From positions 181,156 through 245,155 of the forward strand of contig JAAOMT010000375.1 of NCBI GenBank assembly GCA_016748015.1: a stretch of 64,000 bases of DNA, written 5' to 3'. The first letter of the stretch is position 1; the number at the start of each line of letters is the position of its first letter. Positions 23,801 through 38,200 of the stretch are shown here, piece by piece. Position numbers and translations under genes: made by a program. Under the pieces are notes generated by a model that was not told the DNA's origin, made no database searches, and saw only the letters and a program-made list of their open reading frames with translations. This stretch comes from Geosiphon pyriformis uo1 (taxonomy: Eukaryota; Fungi; Glomeromycota).

Positions 23801-24919
23801 GACACAAGAACCATGCCACCAAAAACTGTATTTGGCTTTCTTGCCAGGTTTTCTTTCAAAAGTTCTTCTAAGAATATTATAATAAGGCCAGCAAATCAGC
23901 TTGCCATTTACAATGATTCCTTTTTTGTCTGCTTTAACATTGTCCAGTGGTTTGCCATTGCTGGTGAAGGTGGTATAGGCGAGTTCAGCAGTTTTTTTTT
24001 GCTCTTTTTGTTCTTCTTCTTTATCACTCTCTTCATCATCTAATTCATCTGATTGTTCTTCTTCTTGGTTTTGTTTGGGTACTGGGGGAGTTGTTCAATG
24101 GTAACACTTAACCACAATGGGTTTCTTACCACATTTGATGGTTAATTCACAAAGTTTATAATCAAGCAAAGCTTTTGTTTTCTTGAGCCATTCATTGCCA
24201 ACAATGATGGTGTATTCCTTGGCTTCAGAAACTTCTATGTCAGTTTTAATGCTGATTCCATTGATGTGGACAGGAACAGCTTTGGCAATACCCAGTCTTT
24301 TCTTTTTGTTACTATGTATGTTGGTCATTGGTCTGGTGGAAGGTTCATCAATCTTTCTACCAATTGCTTCCAAGAAGTGTTTGGCAATGACACTAACAGA
24401 TGATCCACTGTCCAGAATTAAGTTAATGAAGTATCCAGCCACTTGGGCTTTACAAATCAGAGGAGTAACATTGCTGTTGTCAGCAAGTCCAACTTGGCAA
24501 GGGTGCTTGTTGGTTTTTGGTGTTTTCTTCTTTGGTATCAAAGATTTGCGAAGATCCTTTCTGAACTGTGAGTGGGTCATTAACTGGCCAAAGATAATAT
24601 GTGCTGGGGTTTCCATGAGATCTTTGACAATGCAATAGAGTCCAGATTTTTGTACAATTTCTGGGAGTTCCAACTTTGCAGAATTCTTAAAAACTTTAGC
24701 CTTTGGTGGCTCATTGTTATTAGCGGCAAAAGTTGAGGCTTTGTTGGGGTCTAGAACAAAATTAACCTTGGCTTTCTTCTTCTTTCTGGTTGGTTCTAAG
24801 GTGTTGATTGTTAGTTCATCCATGTCATGGTCATTATCAGTTAAGTTAAAAGTGTAAAAAGGGTTTTCTTCTGGTTGGCTTGCACTCTCATCCTTTGGAG
24901 ATGTGCCTACCAGTTTAAA
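20845..24919 (-). pseudogene. pol: pol of A2
   Basis: ORFs 24095..24823 (LILDSGSSVS), 23087..23482 and 22832..23080 (RT), 21667..21960 and 21028..21372 (IN). Confidence 0.92.
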
Positions 24920-26463
24920 GGCTGATAAACAGTGGCTTCAACTAGGGGATCCTCTCCAAAGAAATTGATGTTGGCATGATTGGGTCTTTGATTGGAGATA
25001 TTGTTGTTGTTGTTGGATCTGTTGTTTTGGTTGTCATTGTTTCTGAGAGCTGGAGGAGGCAGTGGAGGATTGTTACAATCTCTTAAATAATGTCCAGTTA
25101 ATCCACAATAATAGCACACAGGTGGGGCATGATTTTGCTGTCTTTGATAGGAAGGTTGCTGGGACTGGTTAAAATGAGATTCATATCTAGGTCTTGGTGG
25201 TTGCTGGTTATTTCTAACTGCTTGTGCCAATAGTTCTAATAACCAGGCAAGGTTAGCTGTAAGTCTATCTATCAATTGTTTATTTGGGTCTTGGGTTTGG
25301 GCAGCAAAAAAAGTAGTGGCCATTTGAGGAGTAGGAGCCATAACAGAAGCAAAAGCAAAAACTGGAAGTGTGAATTCCAAATGCATTCTTTGATTGTCTT
25401 CAATTCTTTGGGCAAGTTCAATGGCCATATTCATGGTGGGATTATCTTTTAAAGCCAAAAGAGGCCAAAGAGCATATGATAAATCAGTTCTCAATTCTTT
25501 TGTGAAGGAGTGGATCTTTTGCTCTTTAGTCCAGTTTCTATCAGAGTCTACATGCTTGATGAGTTTTCTGATTGCTTTGGCATATTTGGTCACAATTTCA
25601 CCAGAATCTTGGGTTCTTTTTTCTAATTCTATATGCCATTTGGATATTAAGATGGGGGTTCTGAATTTGTTTTCAAACTGGGTAGTGAAAGAGATGTTGT
25701 TTTCTCCAATATTTGCTGGGATCCATCTAACAATTTTTTGTTGAGCACCAGCATTGGTTTTTTGTGAAAACCAGGTAGCAGGAGAGCCTTGGAGGTAGCC
25801 ACCAACGATTTGGAACTTGTATTCATCATCATACTGGTTTGCAGTGGCTGCTCTTTTAAAATTGTCCAATTATTCAATTGGATCTTGGGCATCACCTCTG
25901 AATAGGGGCAATGGGGTGTTGTTTCTTTATCCCAAAACAGTTTGTATGCCTTGGAGAGTGGCCAGGATGTTTATTTGCATTGGATCTTAAACCATTAGTT
26001 TAGGAGTTATTGTTTGTATAGAGTGCTCTGATTTACTTAAAAAGAGATCAAAAATAGGGGCTGTTTGGTAGCTTTCTTCTTCTGTTTCAAGAAGAGTTAC
26101 TGTTGATTAATGGGCAGCAATCCAAATGTGGATTTGATGATTCAGATATTCGAAATCAGGAGGCTGTTGTTCAAAGGTTGTAGAATATAAGAGCTGATTG
26201 ATACTGTTGTTTCTTTCTTCAAAGTTATCTTCAAAATAAGCTTGATCAAAGTAATAGGTTGTATAAGTTGTGTAGGTTTCAGCTGAATGCTCATTCAGGA
26301 ACCAGTTCCAAAAGTCTTGGAATTGTCTGCTGGATTGTTTTTCAATGGGAAAGCAGATCAAGCAGGAGGACAGAGAATTAAGTTCAATGAAATCTAGATC
26401 ATTTTTGTTGTGTGCTTCAAAATGTTCTGCTGATTGTTGTGATAGGTATAAATAATTACCCAT
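24907..26463 (-). pseudogene. gag: gag of A2 with N-terminal extension
   Basis: ORFs 26107..26463 and 24907..25869; CYYCGLTGHYLRDC; ends YQPLNW*. Confidence 0.9.
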
Positions 26464-26515
26464 ACAATGAGGGAATAACTGAATTTTGACAACCTCACAG
26501 GGAGCACTACTTTTA

Positions 26516-27196
26516 TGTTACGGGTTGGAGTAACAAGCTAACAAATAGCAAGAGAGAACAGAATTGTATTGTGATGAAAATAATCAAAGGAGATTCAACT
26601 TTAAAGAGCAAATTGAATGAATATGAATTCAATGTGTGAGATCAGTCTCATAAAATATCTCAGTTGCTATTTTTTTCAAAAGGTAACAAGGGAATCTGAA
26701 AGTAGAGGGATAGTCCATACTGTCAACAATTGATTACCACTGGTATAATTCTATGCCTCACATCAGTGCTCTTAGAATTCAATATCAGGTATCAACTTGT
26801 GCTTTTTAGTCATGTTTATTCAAATAATCTTCAAATGCTACAATTTATCCTAAGATGTTCGGATACTTGAAGGTAGGGAAAGAAAAATTAGCGATAAGAG
26901 AGTGATTAAGATAAAAGTTGTTATTTTTATTTATTTGATTCTTGTCTGAGAGATGATTTTCTATAGCTAAGAGACTCATCATTTATATAGCTATTGAAAG
27001 TGGTCAACGACCAGGTCAATAACTAGGTCAATAATTAGGTCAATGATCAGGTTAATGATCAGGTCATTGATCAGATCAATGATCAAGTCAATGATCAGAT
27101 TAACAATCACTATCTAAAAATAGAGTGGCTAATTATATGACATCAGTGGCTAATACATGTGATAACTAATAAAAATTATGGGTTTCAATCATAACA
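26516..27196 (-). repeat. 5' LTR of A2
   Basis: Adjacent to the PBS; 9 repeat units; internal ~35-bp deletion near 26845. Confidence 0.93.
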
Positions 27197-30100
27197 GTAT
27201 TATACTTGGTAATGAAAGCAGTTTTTTTTCTGCTTTTTGGATCTATTTCTACTTGCCAAAATTCAACAGTTAAGTTAATGGTTGAAAAGAAAATAACACC
27301 ATTGAATTTATCTAGCATTGCATCAATTTTGGGAAGTAGATACATGTCTTTTATAGTGATGGCATTTAGTTGGTGATAGTTAACACAAAAGCATAGAGTT
27401 TCACCTTTCTTGGATATCATTACAACTAGAAAAGCCTATTCACTCTTGGTTTTTTATATAAATCTAAGATCTTTTATCTGGTTTATCTTTTTTTTAATAA
27501 ACTTATTATTGTGTTGATTGGATTGATAAGACTTCAAATAAATGGAATGAGTTTCTTTTGTGATGATAGTGTATTGTATTACATGAATTCGTCTAGAGAT
27601 ATCATTTTCTTTTGAAATAACTGGGCTATTTCTAGCCAACAGATTTTCAATGTCCACTTTTTTTTCTTCAAGAGAAGGTTCTTTTTGTTCTACAATTAGT
27701 GATTAAATTTCAGGTGGTTTATTCTCAAAGGACTTCTGTACTTCTTTTAGTTTTTTTCTGGGTATCAAACTAATTGGCTTCCAATCTTTGTAATAAATTA
27801 AGCAGAACTTATATTTATTATTAAGAAAATACAAAGATTTATCACACCAGCACTTGACACAAGGATTATGCCACCAATAACTGTATTTTGCTTTCTTGTC
27901 AGGTTTTTTATCAAAGGTTCTTCTGAGGATATCATAGTAGGGCCAGCAGATTAGCTTGCCATTTATTATGATTCCTTCTTTGTCAGTTTTAATATTGTCC
28001 AGTGGCTTGCCATTGCTAGTAAAGATAGTATAGGCAAGTTTAGCAGTTTTTTTTTGTTCTTGGTCTTCTTCTTCATTGCTCTCATCATCATCTGATTCAT
28101 TTGATTGTTCTTCTTCTTGGTTCTGCTTAGATACTGAAGGGGTTGTTCAATGATGGCATTTAACCACAATGGATTTCTCACCACATCTGATAATTAGTTT
28201 ACAGAGTTTATAATCAAGCAAGGCTTTTGCTTTCTTGAGCCATTCATTGTCAACTATTATGATGTATTCTTTGGCTTCAGATACTTCCATGTCAATTTCA
28301 ATACTAATATTATTGATTTGGATGAGAACAGCTTTGGCTATGTCCAGATTTTTCTTCTTGTTACTATGTATATTGGTCATTGGTCTGGTAGATGGTTCAT
28401 CAATCTTTCTGCCAATTGCTTCTAAGAAGTGTTTGGCAATGACACTAACAGATAATCTACTGTCCAAGATCAGATCAATAAAATAACCAGCCACTTGGGC
28501 TTTACAAATAAGAGGGGTAACATTGCTGTTGTTAGTAAGTCCAGCTTGACATAGGCATTTGTTGGTCTTTGGTGTCTTCTTTTTTGGAATCAATGACTTG
28601 TAAAAATCTTTTCTAAATTGTGGATAGGTCATTAACTGGCCAAAAGTAATATGTGCTGAGATTTCTATAAGATCTTTTACAACAGAATAGGGTCCAGATT
28701 TTTGTACAATTTCTGGGGTTTCTAACTTTAGAGAATTTTTAAAAACTTTAGCCTTTAATGGCTCATTGTTATCAACAATAGAGATTGAAGCTTTGTTGGG
28801 ATCTAGAACAAAATCAACCTTGGCTTTCTTCTATTTTCTTGTTAAATCAGAAGTGTTGATTGCTAGTTTATCCATATCATGGTTATTATTGATTAGATTA
28901 AAGACATAAAAAAGGTTTTCTTCTGGTTGGCTTGCACTCTTACCCTTTGGAGATGCACCTACCAGTTTAAAGGCTGATAAACAGTGGCTTCAACTAAGGA
29001 ATCCTCTTCAAAGAAACTGATGTTGACATGATTGAGTTTTTGATTGGGAACATTGTTGTTAATAGTTCTGTTGTTTTAATTGTCATTGTTTCTGGAAGCT
29101 GGAGGTGGTTAAAGAGAATTGTTGCAATCTCTTAAGAAATATCCAGTTAATCCACAGTAGTAACACACAGGTGGGCCATGATTTTGCTGTCTTTGATAAG
29201 GAGGCTGTTAAGGCTGACTAAAATAGAATTCAAATCTGGATCTTTGGAGTTGTTGATTCTTTCTGACTGTTTGAGCTAAAAGTTCCAATAACTGGGTAAG
29301 ATTAACTGTTTATTGAGATCTGGAGTTTGGGCAGCAAAAGAGATAGTAGCCATTTGGGAAGCAGAAGCCATAACAGAAGCAGGAGCAAAAACTAAAAATG
29401 TGGATCCTAAGTGTATTTTTTGATTGTCTTCTATTCTTTGGACAAATTCGATGGCCATATCCATTGTGGGATTGTCTTTCAGTGCCAAGAGGGGCCAAAA
29501 AGCATAGGAAAGATCAGTTCTTAATCCTTTTGTAAAGGAATAAATCTTTTGCTCTTCTGTTCAGTTTTTTCCAAAATCTACTCACTTGATTAATTTTCTG
29601 ATTGCTTTGGCATACTCAGTTACAATTTCACCAGGACCTTGAGTTTTTCTCTCTAATTCTATATGCCATTTGGATATTAATATAGGAGTTCTAAATTTCA
29701 TTTCAAACCAGATAGTAAAAAAGGTGTTATTTTTTCCAGCATTTGCTGGTGTCTATCTAATGATTCTTTGCTGAGCATTGGCATTGGTTTTTTGTGAGAA
29801 CCAAGTAGCAAGAGAGCCTTGAAGGTAGCCACCAACAATTTGGAACTTGTATTTATTATCATATTGGTTTGTAGTAGCTGCTCTCTCAAAATCATCTAAT
29901 CATTCAATTGGATCTTGTACATCACTTCTGAATAAGAATAATGGGGTGTTGTTTCTTCATTTCAAAGCAGTTTGTATGCCTTGGAGAGCAATCAGAATAT
30001 TTTGTTGCATAGAATTATTAGCCATTGGTTCAGGAGTTACTGTTTGAATAGAATGATCTGATTTGCTTAAAAAGAGATCAAAAACAAGGGCAGTTTAATA

Positions 30101-31297
30101 GCTTTCTTCTTTTGTTTTAAGTGAAGTCTCAACTAATTGATGGGCAGCAATCTAAAGGTGGATTTAATGATTCAAATATTCGAAATTAGAGGGCTGTTGT
30201 TCAAAGGTTGTTGAGTATAAAAGTTGATTAATGCTGCTGTTTCTTTCTTTAAGGTTGTCTTCAAAATAAGCTTGATCAAAATAATAAGTTGTATAGGCTG
30301 TGTAAATTTCAGCTGAATGCTCATTCAGGAATTAGTTCCAAAAGTCTTGGAATTGTCTGCTGGCTTGTTCTTTAATGGGGAAGCAAATCAAGCAGAAGGG
30401 CAAAGGATTGAGTTTAATAAAGTTTAGATCGTTTTTGTTATGTGCTTTAAAATGTTCTTCTGATTGTTGTGGCAGATATAAATAATCACTCATACAATAG
30501 AAAACAAAATGGAATTTGACAACTTCACAGGAAGCACCACTTTTATGTTATGAATTGGAGTAACAAGCTAATGAATAACAAAGGAGAACAGGATTGTAGA
30601 ATGATGAAAGGAATCAAAGGGAATTTAACTTCAAAAAGTGAATTGAATAAGTATGGATTCAATATGCGAAATCAGTCTTATAAAATATCTTAGTTGCTGT
30701 ACTTTTCAAAAGATAATTAGAGAATTTGAAAATGAAAGAATAGTTTATACTGTCAACAAATGATCACATACTGGTATAATTCTATGCCTCACATTGGTGC
30801 TCTTAGAATTCAATATCAGATATCAGATGTACTTTTCAGTTATGTTTTATTTAATAATTTTCAAATGCTGCAATTATACATTTCAGGAAAAGGATAAAAA
30901 ATAACCAACAAGTGATCTTTTATCTTAAGATGTTCAGATACTTGAAGGTAGAGAAAGGAAAATTAGTAATAAGAGAATAATTGAGATGAAAGTTGTTATT
31001 TTATTTATTTTTTTTCTTTGATTTCTACATACTTTTCTACAGTTAAGAGATCTATCACTTATATAGCTATCAAAAGTGATCAATGATCAGGTCAATAACT
31101 AGATTAATGATCAGGTCAATAATCAGGTTATTAATCAGATTAATAATTAGGTCAATGATTAGGTCAATAATCAGGTCAATGGTCAGGTCAATAATTAGGT
31201 CAATGATCACTTTCTAAAAATAAAGTGGCTAATTTATATAACATCAATGGCTAATACATGTGATAATTAATAAGAAGTGTAGGTTTCAATTATAACA
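27197..31297 (-). mobile_element. Family A element A4, 5' half (LTR 30546-31297, PBS, gag, PR, start of RT), more degenerate
   Basis: Colinear with A2; RT is cut at ITKY by the A2 5' LTR. Confidence 0.9.
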
Positions 31298-34200
31298 CTA
31301 CTAAGAATTTTACACCAAGAAAATATTGAATACAATAACTAATAATCCAAACTACTGCTAAGTATTTTTGTTTAGTAATTGAATAGTTTTTTTTTGCTGA
31401 TATGAAAGTTTTACTGGCATATGTTATAACATGTTTTCTGTCATTTTTATTTTTCTGTAAGAAAACAGCACCAAGTTTATAACCAGATATATTAGTGTAC
31501 AAAATAAAAGATTGGTTTAATAACAGGTTTTTTCTTTAGAGTTTCAAAAGCTTTTTGTTGATAAGTGCCCTAGTAATAATTGACATTTTTCTTAAGTAGC
31601 TGATTGAGAGAAAAAATGATTTTGGAAAAATTTTTGATAAATTTGTGATAGTAAGAAGCCAAACCAAGGAAAGAGTGTAGTTTAGGAATATTCATTGGTT
31701 GTTTAATGTTCTGAACTTTTTTAATTTTAGCTGGATTAAAAAAAATTCTATTTTTTGTAATAAAATAACTAAGGAACTGGGTAGATTGTTTAAAAAAAGA
31801 TTTGATTGGGTTTATCTTGAGACCAGCATTTTTAAGGAAATCAAAAATTTTTTGCAAGTATTTAAGATGTTTATCTCAGATTTTTGAGTATACTATTATG
31901 TTATCTAAGTAAACCAGAATAAAGTTTTCTTTTACTAATTCAAACACTTTGTTTATTAGGTGTTAAAAAGTGGGAGGAGTATTAGTAAGACCAAAAAGCA
32001 TAACTGTAAATTTATAAGTGCCATACTTAGTAATAAAGGCAGTTTTTTTCTGCTTTCTGGATCTATCTCTACTTGCCAAAATTTAGCAATTAAGTTAATA
32101 GTTGAAAAAAAAGCAGCACCATTGAATTTGTCTAGTATTGCATCAATTTTGAGAAGTAAATATATGTCTCTTATAGTAATAGCATTTAATTTACAATAGT
32201 CAATACAGAAGCATAGGGTTCTATCTTTTTTGAATACTACTACAACTAAAAAAGCCCATTTACTTTTGGATTTTTGTATGAATCCAAAATTTTTCATTTG
32301 GGTTATCTCTTTCTTGATAAATTTATTATTGTGCCAATTAGATTGATAAAGCTTTAAATGAATGAGACGAGTTTCTCTAATAGTAATGGTGTGTTGTATT
32401 ATATGAATTCATTTAGGGGTATTATTTTCTTTTGAGATAACTGGATTATTTCTAGCCAACAGATTTTCAATGTCTACTTTTTTTTCTTTAGAAGAGGGTT
32501 CTTTTTGTTTTACTGCAAATGATTAAATCTTAGGTGGTTTATTTTTAAAGAACTTCTGTATTTTTTTCATTTCTTTTCTGAGTATCAAATTAATTGGCTC
32601 CTAATCTTTGTAATAAATTAGACAGGACTTGTATTTATTTTTAGGAGAATACAAAGATTTATTACATCAGCACCTGGCACAAAGACTATGTTATCAATAA
32701 CTGTATTTGGCTTTCTTGCCAGGTTTTCTATCAAAGATTTTTCTAAAGATATTATAGTAAGATCAGCAGATTAGCTTGCCATTTACAATAATTTTTTCTC
32801 TGTTAGCTTTAATATTATCTAGTGGCTTGCTATTGTTGGTAAAAATAATATAGATGAGTTCAGCAGTTTTTTCTGGTTTTTTTTGATTTTCTTTTTCATT
32901 ACTCTTATTATCATCTGATTTATCTGATTGTTTTTTTTCTTGGTTTTGCTTGGATACTAGAAAGATTGTCTAATGATAATACTTAACCACAATGGACTTC
33001 TCACTATATTTAATAGTTAGTTCATAAAGTTTATAGTCAAGTAATGTTTTGGCTTTCTTGAGCCATTTATTGCCAACAATGATGGTATACTCTTTTGCTT
33101 TAGATACTTCTATGTTAGTTTCAATGCTGATGCTATTAATGTAAACAGAAACAGCTTTGGCTATGTCCAGGCTTTTTTTTTTGTCATTATTTACATTGGT
33201 TATAGATTAGATAAAAGGTTCATCAATCTTTCTTCTAATGGCTTTCAAAAAATGTTTGGCAATTACACTAACAGATAATCTACTGTTTAGGATCAAGTTA
33301 ATAAAATAACCAGCCACTTGGGCTTTGCAAATGAGGGGGGTAACATTGCTGTTATCAGCAAATTCAGCTTGGTGAGAGTGCTTGTTGGTCTTTGGTGTTT
33401 TTTTTTTTAGAATCAATGATTTGCAAAATTTTTTTCTAAACTGTGAATGAATTATTAATTAGCCAAATATAATGTGTGCTGGAATTTTCATGAAATCTTT
33501 AATAATGGAATAGGAACCAAATTTTTGTACTATTTTTGGAAGTTCCAACTTTGGAGAATTTTTAAAAACTTTAATTTTTGGTGGCTTATTGTTATCAGCA
33601 GTTAATGTAAATAGTTTGTTTGGATTCAGAATAAAATCAACTTAGCTTTTTTTTTTTGTTAATTCAGAGGTGTTGATTGTTAGTTCATCTATGTTATGGT
33701 TATTATCAATTAAGTTAAAAGCATAAAAAAAGTTTTTTTTTGGTTGGCTTGTACTCTTACTCTTTAGAGGTGTGCCTATTAGTTTAAAGATTAATAAACA
33801 GTGGCTTCAACTAAAAAATCCTCTTCAAAAAAATTGATGTTGGCATAATTGGGTCTTTAATTGGGGACATTGTTGTTGTTGGTTCTATTGTTTTGGTTAT
33901 CATTATTTCTAAGAGCTAAAAAAAACAAAGGAGAATTGTTGTAATCTCTGAAGAAATATCCAGTTAATCCACAGTAATAACACACAAATAAGCCACAATT
34001 TTGTTGTCTTTAATAAAGGGGTTGCTAAAGCTAATTAAAACAGAATTCAAATCTGAGTTTTTGAAATTGTTAATTTTTTCTAACTGCTTGAACTAAGAGC
34101 TCTAATAACCAGACAAGATTGGCTGTAAGTTTATCTATTAATTGTTCATTGGGATTTAAAGTCTGAACAGTAAAAAAAGTAACAGTCATTTGAGAAGCAG

Positions 34201-36009
34201 GAGCAAAAATTAGTAATGTAAATCCCAAGTGCATTTTTTGGTTGTTTTCAATTCATTGAGCAAGTTCAATAGCCATGTCTATTGTAAAATTATTTTTCAG
34301 GGCCAGAAGAAACCAAAGAGCATATAAGAAATCAGTTTTCAATCCTTTTATAAAGAAATAAATTTTTTGTTCTTCTGCCCAGTTTTTTTCAGAGTTTATC
34401 CACTTAATTAACTTTCTGATTGTTTTGGCATATTTGGTTACAATTTTACCAAGATCTTGGATTCTTCTTTTTAATTCCATGCACTATTTGGATATCAAGA
34501 TAAGAATTCTAAATTTTATTTCAAACTGGGTAATAAAAGAGATATTGTCTTTTCTAATATTTGTTGGTATCCATCTAATAATTCTTTGCTGAGCATTGGC
34601 ATTGGTTTCTTATAAGAACCAAATAACAGAAGAGCCTTGAAGGTAGTCACCAACAATTTGAAACTTGTATTCATTATCATATTGGTTGGCTGTAGTAGTT
34701 CTTTCAAAGTCATCCAACTATTTAATTAGATCTTATGTATCACTTCTGAATAGTGATAATAGAGTATTGTTTTTTCACCTTAAAGCAGTTTGTATGTCTT
34801 GGAAAGCAACTAAAATGTTTTATTATATAGGATTATTAGCTATTGGTTCAGAAGTAGCTGTTTGTGTGAAGTATTTTAATTCACTTGAGAAGAGATCAAA
34901 AACAAAAGCAGTTTGATAACTTTTTTTTTATGTTTCAAAGGGAGTTTCAGCTAACTGATGGGCAGCAATCCAGATGTGAATTTAATGATTCAAATATTCG
35001 AAATCAGGGGGCTGTTGTTCAAAGGTTGTGAAATATAAAAGCTAATTGATGCTGTTGTTTTTTTCTTTAAAGTTGTCTTCAAAATAAGCTTGATCAAAGT
35101 AATAGGTTATATAGACTGTGTAAAATTCAGCTATATGCTTATTCAGAAACTAGTTCCAAAAGTCTTGGAATTGTTTATTAGATTGTTTTTTAATGGAGAA
35201 GCAAATCAAGCAGGAGAGCAAAGAATTGAGTTCAATAAAGTTTAGATTGTTTTTGTTGTATGCTTCAAAGTGTTCTTCTGATTGTTGTGGCAGATATGAA
35301 TAATCATCCATATAATAAAAAACAAAGTGGATTTTGACAACCTTACAGGGAGCACTACTTTTATTTTATAGGTTAGAGTAACAAACTAGTGGATAACAAA
35401 GAAGAACAGGATTGTAAGATAATAAAAATAATCAAAGGAGCAAATTAAATATATATAAATTCAATATATGTAATCAGTCTTATAAAAATCACAGTTGTAA
35501 ATTTTTTCTGGAAATCTAAAGATAAAAAAATAGTCTGTGATTGTCAACAAAATAATATTATTGCTATTATTCTATGCTTTAACTTAGTAATTCTTAGAAT
35601 TAATAACAAGTATCATTATGTTTTTCAATTATTTTTTTATTTAATAAATTACAAAAGCAAGCAATTATTTCTTAGACTAATTTTAACAAATACAAATCAA
35701 GAAAAGAAAAAGATAAGGTATATAAATACTAACAAGTAATTTTTTATCCCAAAATGTTCAGATATTTAAAGATAAAAAAAAATAATAAACAATATAAGAA
35801 GAAGTAATTAATAGTATTTTATTTTATTACTTTGATCATATTTTTTTACAGCTAAAAGACTCATTGTTTATATAGTTATTGAAAGTGGTTAATAACTAAG
35901 TCAATGGTTAGATCAATAGTTACTATCTAAAAATAGAATAACTAATTATATAATATCTATAGCTAATACATGTAATAATTAATAAAAGGTATAAGTTTTA
36001 ATCATAACA
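31298..36009 (-). mobile_element. Family A element A5, 5' part (LTR ~35364-36009, gag, PR, RT, RH), strongly degenerate
   Basis: Colinear remnants (31290..31502 RH, 31956..32297 RT, 33207..33416 PR); RNase H is cut by the A4 LTR. Confidence 0.87.
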
Positions 36010-38200
36010 ATATAACTAGCTATTCAAGCCAGTTTAGACTATACTATATTGATACAACAAAAGAAAACTTACTTAAAGCTGATATTTTTTAAATTACATC
36101 AAATAATTTAATACTATAAAGGACTAATTCAATTAATCATTTGGCTGTTTTCAAAAAATTATTTTTAATATTATTAGGTTTATATATTCAAAAAAACATT
36201 AAGTTAAAAAATGTATTGTTATTAATGTCAATCAGTAATTTTAAATTATTAGATATATTAATATTATCCATATAACATACTTTTTTTAATAAGACTATTT
36301 TTTTTTCTAGCTTACCAACAGTTTTGTTAAAAAAGCCTAGATAAATTATAAACTTATTGATTTTAAGACTAAAAACATTGTTAAAAACCAAATTACTATT
36401 AATAAATTATTCAAATATAGTAATTAAAAAGTCAATAGACTTAACAATTAATTCAATTAAAGCAAAAAGTTTGATCAAATCAAATTTTAAAGAAATTAAT
36501 TAAAAAAACATTTTAGAATTATCAACAATTACAGAAAAAAAGCAAAAATTATCAGAAGTAAAAACTCTGAAAAGTTTAAAAGAACAAAAGCTTTGGCATA
36601 AAACTTAGCATTTACAAAACATAATGCAAATACCTTAAAAATCTTGGAACTTTTGGAAAAAATAGGTGCAAATATCTTATAGTTTACAGCCAAATAGTCT
36701 ACTTTTTAATATCTAAAACAACACCAACAATCAGAAGTTTCTTATCAGATACAATACTTTTTTAGCATATTAGTCTTAATTACTACAGTATTTAAATCAG
36801 TTTAAGATTCAAATATAACCAAAGCAAACTAGAAATAACGACCAAAATTAGAAAAACAAAAAATAAAACATATTTAACTACCAATCTAAAAAATTATATT
36901 ATTAATCTTAAAAACAATACAATCAAAAAAAAAGTTAATTAACTTAGCTTTAAACTTATCACAAGACAAAATAGTTTTATTTTAATTAACCAAAAAAAAG
37001 ATTTTAATATTATTTTTATTCACTAATACTAATTAATAATTTATAGCAGACATAACAATATCCAGTTTTTTAAAATAAACAACAATATATTATTAAATGC
37101 CAATAGATTTTAGTATAATATAGATGATTTTACCAAAAACATTAAATACTGTTTTAATATTAACAACAAATACACCTAAAAACACATTATACAATACAAC
37201 AGCAGTAAAAAAAAAGTCAAATTCAGAAACCACCAAAAATTTGGCAATTTTAAGAATAGCCAAATAAATAAAGCTTGTGAATTTAACTAAAAATACAGCT
37301 TTTAAAAATTTTTAAAAAGCAAACTCCATACAGAAAAGCTTTATATTGTTCTTTAATATTAATTTAGTATTCAGAAAACCATATACAGACTGAAAAACAG
37401 TTTTAACATAAGTTAATTTAATCTTAAAAATAGTATTAAACACTAAAATAAAGGTCATTTATTCAATAAACTTTTAACAACATAAAATAATTTCCGAAGT
37501 ACCACTAATAACAGCACTAAAAACCAGCAAACGAAATGAATTAGTTTCTATTTGATTAGCCCAGTTCTTAAAAACATATAATTCAATAGAAAATTGTTGT
37601 TTTGTTTTTAAAACTGGTAATAATTTGCCAAAAAACACCATATTTAACAATACAGTTAGTGATTAATCTTGGTTTATCTTAAAATAATAGACCAAATAAT
37701 ACAACAAAAATCTTATATAAGATCTCATTAAGAATCACAAAGAAGTTTGGTATAAAAATAACAGAGATAAATAACTATTTCCATTTTTTTGAATTTTCGG
37801 TCTTTTTAATCATTTTTTTGAATAAATAATATTAAAAACACCAGATTTAAAAACTATAAAAAAAAACCAACTTGTTAATTAGTCTGTTATTAAAAACTTT
37901 TGGACTTTTAAAAAGAGTAGAAACAATACTAAGACTAACTTAAATGTGTTTTTTAAAGGAATTTTAACTGGTAAAAAACCAGTTAAAGATAAAAAAAATG
38001 TTTTAATGACCACCAAAGACAGCTTTTCACTATTATTAACCAAGAAAAAAATTTCTAAAACATTTTGTCTAGTTGCTTTTACAACAAAAAAAACTTTTTT
38101 GGTTGAAACTTTGTAAGATACCAAAAAAAAATACCAGTTGTAGTTTTTTTACTTTTTGCTTTAGTTGTAATTATAAAATTAAAAAAACAAAAAGTTATTT
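36010..38200 (-). pseudogene. Highly decayed LINE ORF1, related to 873-2442
   Basis: 37879..38124 (KATRQNVLEIFFLVNNSEKLSLV) matches EAARQNVLAIFPLKNTSDKLPLA; KAKLIN motif near 36950. Confidence 0.65.

Larger units (their letters stand above)
11850..27196 (-). mobile_element. Family A element A2 (two LTRs, probably chimeric), carrying nested A3
   Basis: 3' LTR 11850-12528 plus PPT. The ORF3 end is split by A3 (12577|20223). IN-RH-RT-PR ~20845-24919, gag 24907-26463, PBS 26493-26509, 5' LTR 26516-27196. Confidence 0.88.

Noticed and set aside
26452-26463. Gag Met-Gly start as a myristoylation signal
   Set aside because: The inferred consensus MGDYLY has Asp3 and no Ser/Thr at position 6, a poor match.
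5171-27200. GTAT at 5171-74 and 27197-200 as the TSD of one giant composite element
   Set aside because: The flanks are unrelated (LINE ORF2 vs gypsy RT); the match is explained by target bias and mutation.
31078-31210. Tandem arrays as CRISPR or as nuclear-receptor elements (AGGTCA)
   Set aside because: Head-to-tail 12-mers with no spacers, eukaryotic context, no cas genes; nuclear receptors are animal-specific.
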